In this document: positions 44,272 through 53,054 of the stretch, one piece after another
Layout of the letters: each line of letters begins with the position of its first letter
How positions within the stretch are numbered: position 1 is the first letter of the stretch
Origin: Alphaproteobacteria bacterium
GTDB taxonomy: Bacteria; Pseudomonadota; Alphaproteobacteria; UBA8317
Length of the DNA stretch: 64,000 bases
Reading direction: 5' to 3'
Assembly: GCA_038131935.1 (NCBI GenBank)
Contig: JAYPQH010000033.1
Location: 10,528 to 74,527 of the forward strand
The notes under the pieces: model-generated
Database searches by the model: none
Told to the model about the DNA's origin: nothing
Seen by the model: the letters and a program-made list of their open reading frames with translations, nothing else
Made by a program: the position numbers and the translations under genes

Positions 44272-45881
44272 TGGAACAACAAGAATTTTTAACTTTCGAT
44301 TATGTTATTGTGGGTGCTGGTTCAGCAGGATGCGTTTTGGCAAACCGTTTGAGTGAAGATCCTGGATGTAGGGTTCTGCTACTCGAAGCAGGTGGCAAAG
44401 ATAATTATCACTGGGTTCATATCCCTGTTGGGTACTTGTATTGCATTGGCAATCCGAGGACAGATTGGGGTTTTAAAACAAGTCCTATACCTGGGTTGAA
44501 TGGTCGCTCGTTGTTATATCCTCGCGGGCGTATTATGGGGGGCTGTTCGTCCATCAATGGCATGTTGTATTTGCGTGGACAATCAGCAGATTACGATCAC
44601 TGGCGGCAAATGGGAAATCTTGGCTGGGGATGGGATGATGTGCTGCCATATTTTATGAAGTCAGAAGATTATGTAGATGGTCCAGATGACCTACATGGTT
44701 CTGGTGGGGAATGGCATGTAGATAATCAGCGCCTGAGGTGGGAGGTGCTTGATGATGTTCACAAAGCATTCGTTGATTATGGTATACCAGCAACTGATGA
44801 TTTCAATCGTGGTGACAATCATGGTGTTGGATATTTTAAAGTAAACCAGCGTCATGGATTTCGTTGGAATACCGTAAAAGCTTTTATCAAACCAGCACAA
44901 AACCGGCCAAACCTAACTGTGATGACACATGTACAAATTGAAAAATTGTTAATGGATGGGCGGAAAGTCTGGGGGGTTCAAGGTCAGCAAAAGGGTCAAT
45001 TGCGTAAATTCAAGGCTGCAAGAGAAGTCATTTTGTCTGCAGGCGCAATCGGATCACCGCATATCATGCAACGTTCAGGTATTGGGCCCGCTGAACATCT
45101 CAACAATCTTGGTATCGAACCAGTCATCGACCATCCCGATGTTGGTGCCAACTTACAGGATCATTTACAGATTCGTTGCGCTTACAAAATGAAGGATGCA
45201 CGTACCTTGAATACCTTGGCCAACAGTTGGTGGGGAAAATTATCCATCGGGATGCAATATGCCTTGCGCCGCAGGGGGCCTATGTCTATGGCCCCTAGCC
45301 AGCTTGGTGCGTTCGCCTATTCGTCGCCAGATTTGGAAACCCCCGATTTGGAGTATCATATCCAACCCGTGAGTTTGGATGCATTTGGCGAACCTCCACA
45401 TCGTTTTCCAGCAATAACCATGAGTGTTTGCAATCTTCGGCCGCAAAGTCGGGGAACTGTATTGATACGTTCTTTGGATCCATCAGAGCAGCCAGATATT
45501 TCACCAAACTATCTTTCTGACCCTCATGATCGCCTTGTAGCTGCGCGTTCTATTCGATTGACCCGAGATATCATGAGAGAAAAAGCTCTAGAGAAATATC
45601 AACCTGAAGAATTTAAGCCTGGGTATGAATTTGAAACAGATGACGAATTGGCAACAGCTGCTGGGGAAGTTGGGACCACAATTTTTCATCCTGTTGGGAC
45701 CGCACGCATGGGGACTGACGATAAAGCCGTTGTAGATCCTCAACTCAAAGTAAGAGGCCTTGATGGGTTGCGGGTTGTTGATGCCTCGGTGATGCCAACT
45801 ATTACCTCAGGAAATACAAATTCACCAACAATTATGATTGCCGAAAAAGCTGCAGATATGATCAAGGCGCAAGCTTTTTGA
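44268..45881 (+). CDS. GMC-family FAD oxidoreductase (choline/alcohol dehydrogenase-like)
   Basis: Motifs DYVIVGAGSAGCVLANRLSED, GGCSSINGMLYLRG and HPVGTARMG. Confidence 0.85.
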   Translation: MMEQQEFLTFDYVIVGAGSAGCVLANRLSEDPGCRVLLLEAGGKDNYHWVHIPVGYLYCIGNPRTDWGFKTSPIPGLNGRSLLYPRGRIMGGCSSINGMLYLRGQSADYDHWRQMGNLGWGWDDVLPYFMKSEDYVDGPDDLHGSGGEWHVDNQRLRWEVLDDVHKAFVDYGIPATDDFNRGDNHGVGYFKVNQRHGFRWNTVKAFIKPAQNRPNLTVMTHVQIEKLLMDGRKVWGVQGQQKGQLRKFKAAREVILSAGAIGSPHIMQRSGIGPAEHLNNLGIEPVIDHPDVGANLQDHLQIRCAYKMKDARTLNTLANSWWGKLSIGMQYALRRRGPMSMAPSQLGAFAYSSPDLETPDLEYHIQPVSLDAFGEPPHRFPAITMSVCNLRPQSRGTVLIRSLDPSEQPDISPNYLSDPHDRLVAARSIRLTRDIMREKALEKYQPEEFKPGYEFETDDELATAAGEVGTTIFHPVGTARMGTDDKAVVDPQLKVRGLDGLRVVDASVMPTITSGNTNSPTIMIAEKAADMIKAQAF

Positions 45882-46765
45882 GCGCAAATTCGACGGCTTC
45901 GGCCGCCATTTGGCCACAGAGCATAGTGGTTACGGCGGTTGGCAAGGGTGGCACAATATCTCCAGTAGACACGGCGAATATGAGATCACCATCATGGGGG
46001 GTATGAGATGGGTTTGATGGCGCGAGCCATTCCATCATGGGCCATTATTGCCATTCGTTTTAATTGTAATTTATCCAATTTGGCATTGGTGATAACGACA
46101 CCAATCGTGGTCTGTCCACCAGCCAATGACATGCCACCAAGCTTTGTCTCTGAAAGTGATATAAGACCCTCTTGGGCAATTCTGCCCACGGGATTTGCGA
46201 TCATCATGCTTGCCACAACAATATCCTCGCATTGGCGAGAGGCGCAACTTAGGCCTCCACCAACAGCCGAACCATCGCGTGCACCTGCGCCAGCACCATG
46301 TCGAGGCATGGGTTTGGAGGTGCCAAGTTGAGAAATGGCTTCTTGCGCTAAGGTTTCGTAGCAGCTTTTAAGGGCGAGGTTATTATGTGCAGGCTGAAGG
46401 TCATAAATAACAGCACCTGCAACGATGGGTACCACTGGAACATTGGTTTTGATGCGAACCCCTTGTCCTTGGTTATAAAGATATTCGCTCACCACAGATC
46501 CTGCAGCCAAACCGTGGGCCGATCCACCCGTGAAGAACAGTCCGTGGATGTCGTCTACCACATGCCCAGGCTGCAGCGCATCGATTTCTCGACTCCCAGG
46601 TGCGCCACCACGAACATCAACCGAACCCACACAGTTGTCAGGAAAGATTACTATAGATACACCTGTGTCAGGGCTGTGACGCGCTGCATGTCCTGACAAT
46701 ATGCCAGTTATGTCGTGAATGTCATCGCGATGTCCTGCTTTTGTGCCATGGAAATACGTATTCAC
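45862..46765 (-). pseudogene. DmpA/P1-family aminopeptidase (peptidase S58), frameshifted in a G6/C6 run
   Basis: DTGVSIVIF, GGAPGSRE and GQTTIGVVITNA in the ORF. The family motif DGDLIFAVSTG and the C-terminus continue in another frame to TGA 45862-45864. The shift is at run 45996-46001. Confidence 0.75.
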
Positions 46766-47358
46766 ATTCCAGCCCCATAACGTTTTTCATCCATCACATC
46801 ACGAACTGGACCTAATGCTTTTGCATAAGCCACAAATAAATTTAATGTATATTCCATGCGGCTTGGTAGCCATGAAGGTATTTTTTCATGGGGTTGATCC
46901 AGTTCAAGATGCTAGACATTTTTGAGGATCAAATGTTCGGGTATCCAATTTAATTTGGTATTTTTGTATCCGCTCATGCGTAACTCACTTACAGGATACG
47001 TACCTCCCGTGCCGGAGGAGATAGAAATGATAAGGCCTGGTTTATGAGCCAACTCTCCATCAGAGCAGAGCAAAAAAATATTTTTTAAATGAGGCGTCAC
47101 CATACCATTATATTCTGGTGTGATAAACACAAAGCCTTCCGCTTGTGTGAAGCGACGAGAGACTGGTGGCCAAATTTCTCCCCAAATTCCTTTGAGGCTT
47201 CCTTTATCCTCATCCCAAAACGGTAGATGTGTTTGAGATAAATCAAGGATGTCAGTATCTATCTTTTTTTGTGCAAGCATTTGTTGCACGATGGCCCCAA
47301 CCCGTGATGATTGCGCTCTTGTACGATTAGAGCCCGTCACAATCATGATAGGTCCCAT
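46762..47358 (-). pseudogene. NADPH-dependent FMN reductase with an in-frame TAG
   Basis: IMIVTGSNRTRAQS and FITPEYNG. TAG 46912-46914 is followed in frame by 49 codons (HLELDQ...LNLFVAYAKALG) up to TGA 46762-46764, which overlaps the next gene's GTG. The total of 198 aa fits the family length. Confidence 0.65.
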
Positions 47359-47408
47359 GATAATATCCTTTCACATATTTGGTAGTGATGTTGACGTCAC
47401 GGCACCAA

Positions 47409-48407
47409 CTATTCACCGCGAAGCGCATCCTCATACCCGTTTATTAAAAGTTTAACACCCTCTGCAAAAGGCATGTTGGGCTCCCATCCCAATAATGACT
47501 TTGCGAGGGTATTGTCGTAATAAAGATTTTCCCCGGCAGGCAAACGAACACGTCCATCATCTTGAACATAGTCGATATCCTGATGAAGGCCAGACACCTG
47601 CATAACGGTGTTTATAATGTCAACCAGGCTAAGGCTTTTACCTCCAGAGATGTTGACGGTCATATTTTCTTTCTGTTCATCGAAAGCCATACAAATGGCG
47701 CGGGCGACATCACCAGCATACACAAAATCTTTGCTCTCACGACCATCACCGAAAATTTGTGGTTTTAATCCAGATCTCAAACGTTCGTAGGTATCAATGA
47801 TGTAAAGGGCATTGGCTGCGCGGCGATGTTGGTGCTCACCATACACGGTAGAAAAGCGGAGATTGGCAAAGGGCAATCCATGTTGTGCGTGGTAAAGTTT
47901 ACATAATTGTTCGCCTATGAGCTTGCTGGCGCCATAAGCAACAGCGCCGGGTGGTACCTGATGGGTATTTAGTGGTTTGGTTTCATCAATCGCACCTCCA
48001 ATACCAAACCCATATGTTGCGCTTGAGGATGCAAAAACAACCTTTTGAACTTGATGCATCACAGCTGCATTCAAAAAGTTTATATGCCCAGTAATATTAA
48101 CCTCCAAGCCACTTTGTGGGTTTTCGGACATGCCAAGGCTCATGTAGGCCGCGAGGTTAACGGCAAGGTCAATGCCTTCCATGGCCTTATTGATTTCAGC
48201 GGGTTGCGTGAGGTCTCCAGATAATAAAGTCACATGGGGATGCTCTTTTAAGGCTCCGAGTGAATCTTTGCTGTCAAATCGTAGCGGATCAAAAACCAAA
48301 ATGCGACCAGCATTCTGCTGGACAAGTTTTTTGGTCAAATGTGCACCGACCAGCGAGGCACCACCTGCAATGAGGATATTCTTGCCAACAATGTAAGGAC
48401 ATTCCAT
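47409..48407 (-). CDS. NAD-dependent epimerase/dehydratase (extended SDR)
   Basis: ILIAGGASLVGAHL (GxxGxxG) and YGASKLIGE (YxxxK). Confidence 0.8.
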   Translation of the reverse strand: MECPYIVGKNILIAGGASLVGAHLTKKLVQQNAGRILVFDPLRFDSKDSLGALKEHPHVTLLSGDLTQPAEINKAMEGIDLAVNLAAYMSLGMSENPQSGLEVNITGHINFLNAAVMHQVQKVVFASSSATYGFGIGGAIDETKPLNTHQVPPGAVAYGASKLIGEQLCKLYHAQHGLPFANLRFSTVYGEHQHRRAANALYIIDTYERLRSGLKPQIFGDGRESKDFVYAGDVARAICMAFDEQKENMTVNISGGKSLSLVDIINTVMQVSGLHQDIDYVQDDGRVRLPAGENLYYDNTLAKSLLGWEPNMPFAEGVKLLINGYEDALRGE

Positions 48408-48464
48408 AGTTCTTTTCCTTTCCATATATTTGTATCTCTGTATGAAAAAATTGAGGAAATCAGT

Positions 48465-49805
48465 ATGAATTTATTCTCCATGTTGAACCATCGTGAGGCC
48501 GGTGGCCAGCCTATACGTGTTGGTATGATCGGTGCAGGAAAATTTGGTTCCATGTATGCGGCACAAGCGGTGCGAACACCCGGTATCCATCTCGCGGCTA
48601 TTGTTGATTTAGATCCATCAAGGGCCAGAGAAAATCTTTCGCGTGTAGGATGGGATGAAAATATATTCAGCATGGCTGATTTAGAAACAGCCCTACAAAA
48701 GCGTGGTTGTTGGATCACAGACAATGCTGCAAAGGTGATAGAAGACCCAAGGCTTGATGTGATTGTAGAGTGTACAGGACATCCCTCAGCCGCCATTGAA
48801 CATTGTTTGATGGCATTTGCAGCCCAAAAGGATATCATCAATGTAACGGTAGAAGCCGACGCGTTCTGTGGACCTATCTTGGCGCAGAAGGCCCGAGAAG
48901 CAGGTGTGATTTACTCATTGGCTTATGGTGATCAGCCAGCATTGGCATGTGAATTGGTCGATTGGGCACGGACGTCGGGATTCCCTGTTATTGCTGCGGG
49001 TCGTGGCCATAAATGGTTGCCCCATTACCGACAATCAACCCCAGAAACGGTTTGGGATCATTGGGGCTTAACAGCCGAGCAAGCGGCACGGGGTGGTCTC
49101 AACCCCAAAATGTTCAATGCTTTTTTGGATGGAAGCAAACCGGCTATTGAGTGTGCCGCTATTGCCAACGCCACGGGCCTTTATGCACCACAAGATGGCT
49201 TATCATATCCACCTGGATCCGCTGATGACATTCCAACATTGATGCGACCAAAAGAATTAGGTGGTGTGTTGGAGCGAAGAGGCTTGGTTGAATGTGTCTC
49301 TTCTATCACGCGAGAAGGTGTGCCAATTGCGAATGATCTTCGAAAAGGGGTTTGGGTCTCGATCGAGGCAGATACGGATTACATCAAACATTGTTTTGAG
49401 GAATATAAGGTGGTTACCGACCCTTCAGGCCGTTTTATGAGCGCACATAAAAAATGGCACCTCATCGGTCTCGAATTGGGGGTCTCTGTGGCTTCAGTTG
49501 TTTTACGCCGAGAGGCAACAGGAAATGCTGTATGTTTTCATGCAGATGCTGTTGCGCGAACAAAACGGCCATTGGCGAAAGGTGAGCTACTAGATGGTGA
49601 GGGTGGTACGACTGTTGCTGGCCATCTCATGAATGCCTCAGATTCACTTGCAAGAAATGCCTTACCTTTAGGGTTGGCACATGATGTGGTTCTGATACGT
49701 AACCTGCCGCAGGACGCAATTGTAACATGGGATGATGTTCAAATTACACATTCAACATCAGCCATGAAATTGCGTAGAGAATTGGAAAATTCGTTCAAAG
49801 CATAA
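48465..49805 (+). CDS. NAD(P)-binding oxidoreductase of the predicted-homoserine-dehydrogenase / SAF-domain type
   Basis: Rossmann motif IRVGMIGAGKFGSMY. About 446 aa. A GAGGAA Shine-Dalgarno precedes ATG 48465. The family assignment is from memory of COG4091-like proteins. Confidence 0.6.
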   Translation: MNLFSMLNHREAGGQPIRVGMIGAGKFGSMYAAQAVRTPGIHLAAIVDLDPSRARENLSRVGWDENIFSMADLETALQKRGCWITDNAAKVIEDPRLDVIVECTGHPSAAIEHCLMAFAAQKDIINVTVEADAFCGPILAQKAREAGVIYSLAYGDQPALACELVDWARTSGFPVIAAGRGHKWLPHYRQSTPETVWDHWGLTAEQAARGGLNPKMFNAFLDGSKPAIECAAIANATGLYAPQDGLSYPPGSADDIPTLMRPKELGGVLERRGLVECVSSITREGVPIANDLRKGVWVSIEADTDYIKHCFEEYKVVTDPSGRFMSAHKKWHLIGLELGVSVASVVLRREATGNAVCFHADAVARTKRPLAKGELLDGEGGTTVAGHLMNASDSLARNALPLGLAHDVVLIRNLPQDAIVTWDDVQITHSTSAMKLRRELENSFKA

Positions 49806-49968
49806 ACTTTTTTGAGAGAGTATAAAAATATATATCTATATATTGTTACTTATATAGAACATTATTCCATATTAGGCCGCAAGCATCGTCGTGATCTTGA
49901 CGCAATCTTGTTTTTATCGCTTTCGATTTACATTGTTCACTTTAGTTTTGAAAAAGGGAGATCACGCC

Positions 49969-51261
49969 ATGAGTGCAGCAAAACAGCATCCAGAGACGAT
50001 CGGGTTACACGCGGGATGGCGTGCTGATCCAACCACGGGTTCAGTAGCAGTGCCCATTCACCAGACAACGAGTTATCAGTTTCGTGATACGCAACATGCC
50101 CAAAATCTTTTCTCATTGTCAGAATTGGGTAACATATACACCCGAATTATGAATCCAACCAACGATGTTCTAGAACAGCGAGTTGCAGCCTTAGAAGGTG
50201 GTGTAGCTGCGCTGGCGGTGGCTTCTGGGCAAGCTGCTTCTGCCATGGCTATTCAAAACCTTGCGAAGGTTGGGGACAATATTGTCAGCTCAACAGATCT
50301 TTATGGTGGAACATGGAACTTGTTTGCCAACACATTAAAAGATCAGGGTATCGAAGTCCGGTTTGTTGACCCAACAGATCCTGAAGCTTTCGAGAAAGCA
50401 ACAGACGAAAGAACGAGAGCCTATTATGCTGAAACCTTGCCAAACCCGAAGTTGCATGTTTTTCCAATTGCGGAGGTCGCAGAAATTGGACGTCGCCATG
50501 GGATTCCATTGATCATGGACAACACAGCTGCGCCTGTAACATGTCGTCCGTTTGATCATGGTGCTGCTATCATTGTTTACTCGGCGACCAAATTTATTTC
50601 CGGACATGGAACTTCCATTGGTGGTCTTATCGTTGATGGTGGAAATTTTGATTGGGAAGCAGCAGGTTCAAGGCAGCCAGCATTGAATACCCCTGATCCA
50701 TCTTACCATGGCGCTGTTTGGACCGAGGCTGTAAAGCCCATGGGTCCGGTTGCTTACATCATCAAAGCGCGCACAACATTGCTTCGTGACCTTGGTGCTG
50801 CGCTTAGTCCATTCAATGCATTCATGGCATTGCAAGGGCTTGAGACATTGGCATTGCGTATGAAAGCACATAGTGAAAACGCTGCAGCTGTTGCTGCATT
50901 CCTTGCAGATCATGCCAAGGTATCTCGCGTGATTTACCCGGGTGTTCAGGATGGATTGTCACGTTCACGTGCAGATAAATACCTCACCAGAGGTTTTGGT
51001 GGTCTTCTAGGGTTTGAGCTTGAAGGTGGTGTTGAAGCTGGCCGCAAGTTCATTGACGCGCTCGAATTGTTATACCATGTTGCCAACATAGGCGATGCGC
51101 GTTCACTTGCTATTCACCCAGCAAGCACGACGCATTCTCAGCTTAATGAAGACGAGCAACAAAAATCAGGTGTGACACCAGGTTATGTGCGGCTTTCAAT
51201 AGGTATCGAACATATCGATGACATCATTGGGGACCTTAGCCAAGCGCTAGATAAGGCATGA
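49969..51261 (+). CDS. metY: O-acetylhomoserine aminocarboxypropyltransferase (sulfhydrylase)
   Basis: Cys/Met-metabolism PLP enzyme with PLP-lysine [16 protein letters not shown]. An AAGGGAG Shine-Dalgarno precedes ATG 49969. Confidence 0.9.
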   Translation: MSAAKQHPETIGLHAGWRADPTTGSVAVPIHQTTSYQFRDTQHAQNLFSLSELGNIYTRIMNPTNDVLEQRVAALEGGVAALAVASGQAASAMAIQNLAKVGDNIVSSTDLYGGTWNLFANTLKDQGIEVRFVDPTDPEAFEKATDERTRAYYAETLPNPKLHVFPIAEVAEIGRRHGIPLIMDNTAAPVTCRPFDHGAAIIVYSATKFISGHGTSIGGLIVDGGNFDWEAAGSRQPALNTPDPSYHGAVWTEAVKPMGPVAYIIKARTTLLRDLGAALSPFNAFMALQGLETLALRMKAHSENAAAVAAFLADHAKVSRVIYPGVQDGLSRSRADKYLTRGFGGLLGFELEGGVEAGRKFIDALELLYHVANIGDARSLAIHPASTTHSQLNEDEQQKSGVTPGYVRLSIGIEHIDDIIGDLSQALDKA

Positions 51262-51335
51262 ACAAAAAACCCCTCTAGGCAAAATTGCTATAACTGATAC
51301 AGTTTCACCTCTTGTTAATGGACCAGGAGGTGAAA

Positions 51336-52243
51336 ATGACAACTTATGGGTTTGTAGGTCTCGGAAACATGGGCGGTCCCATGGCAGAGCATCTTATCGA
51401 GGCGGGACTAGATGTCCTCGTTTTCGATGCGTTGGAAGCAAGCATGGAACCGTTCAAAGGACGGGCCAAAATAGCCACCTCTCTGGAGGAAATGGGTGCG
51501 CAGGCGGATGTCGTTTTTTTGTCACTGCCAACACCTCAATTGTTGAAAAAGTCTGCCTTGGGGAAGGTGGATTTCATCAGGCGAGCCGCACCAAAATCAT
51601 TTTTGATTTATCAACAACGGGATCAGAAATGGCTGCCTCAATTCAAGAGCAACTCGCGTCTTCAGACATTGTCATGATGGATGCTCCTGTATCCGGTGGC
51701 ACAGGTGGTGCCAAGAAAGGAACTTTGGCGGTCATGATTTCTGGCCCCAAAAAATATTTTGATGAACATCATAAAGCATTATCTTGCTTTGGGACTCCAT
51801 TTTATGTGGGTAATCAACCGGGCCTCGCCCAAACCATGAAGCTTGCGAACAATATTCTTTCAGCTGCATCCATGGCCGTTACATCTGAGGTTATGGCATT
51901 TGGTGTGCGGGCAGGTTTGAACCCTGATGTGATGTTGTCGATTATAAATAGTGGGACGGGTAGGAATACCGCAACGGCCGATAAATTTCCAAGGGGTGTG
52001 GTCAATCGTTCGTTTGGCTTCGGCTTTGCCGCTGGACTCATGACCAAAGATGCTCGTCTTTTTGGTGAGGAAGCACGCGCCCAAGAAATGAACCTTCCTG
52101 TTGCCGAGGCTGTTATTGCGACCTGGAATCGTATGGTAGACGAAATAGGTGCTGAAGCAGACTTTACCCAAGTCGTGCAATTGATGGAGGGTGATTACGA
52201 TCTTGTGGTTTCTTCTGACAGCAACCCTGTGAAGGAGGATTGA
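51336..52243 (+). pseudogene. 3-hydroxyisobutyrate dehydrogenase family NAD(P)-dependent oxidoreductase, frameshifted
   Basis: YGFVGLGNMGGPMAEHL...LSLPTPQ, then the family-typical IVEKVCLGEGGFHQASRTKIIFDLSTTGSEMAASI...DAPVSGG...KLANN in the -1 frame. The junction is near 51536-51541. Confidence 0.8.
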
Positions 52244-52245
52244 CG

Positions 52246-53046
52246 ATGGCTGGTGACGTCTACGAAATCTATGCCATCAAATATGGTGATCATCCTGAGC
52301 GGAAAGCTCAGGAGAATTTTCTTTTTGGTGACAAAAGCCATGACTTTATGCCCATTGATTACTTCGTCTGGGTGATCACCAATAATGAGCGCACGATTAT
52401 GGTTGATACAGGGTTTTCCAAAGAGACAGCGGAACTTAGAGGGCGTAATTTTTTGAGATGCCCAGCTGAATCTCTCAAATTGATCAATGTAAACCCAGAC
52501 AGATTAACCGACATTGTCATCACGCACCTACATTATGATCATGCTGGTAATCCTGATTTGTTCCCTCATGCACGTTATCATATTCAAGACCGGGAAATGT
52601 CTTATGCGACTGGTCGTTGCATGTGTCATGCGAGCATGCGCCATGCTTTTGCTGTTGATGATGTTACCTCTATGGTTCAAAAGGTGTATGCAGGGCGTGT
52701 GCAATTTCACGACGGTACGTCACAGTTGGCACCCGGTATCATGCTTCATCATGTTGGTGGACATACCTCTGGTCTACAAGTTTTACGCGTGAACACAAAC
52801 CGTGGTCAGGTCGTGGTTGCCTCAGATGCAAGCCATATGTACGCCAATATGGAACAAGGCCGCCCCTTCCCAATTATCTACAATCTTGGTGATATGTTGG
52901 AAGGGCATCAAACCTGCTATCGTTTGGCTTCATCATCTGACCATGTCATCCCAGGCCATGACCCACTGGTATTAAAGAAATATCCTGCCCCATCGGCGGC
53001 ACTGGAGGGCATTGTGGCACGTTTGGACGTTTCCCCTACCTCATAG
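52246..53046 (+). CDS. MBL-fold metallo-hydrolase, N-acyl-homoserine-lactonase-like
   Basis: THLHYDHAGN (HxHxDH). A GAAGGAGGA Shine-Dalgarno precedes ATG 52246. Confidence 0.75.
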   Translation: MAGDVYEIYAIKYGDHPERKAQENFLFGDKSHDFMPIDYFVWVITNNERTIMVDTGFSKETAELRGRNFLRCPAESLKLINVNPDRLTDIVITHLHYDHAGNPDLFPHARYHIQDREMSYATGRCMCHASMRHAFAVDDVTSMVQKVYAGRVQFHDGTSQLAPGIMLHHVGGHTSGLQVLRVNTNRGQVVVASDASHMYANMEQGRPFPIIYNLGDMLEGHQTCYRLASSSDHVIPGHDPLVLKKYPAPSAALEGIVARLDVSPTS

Positions 53047-53054
53047 CCTGATGT

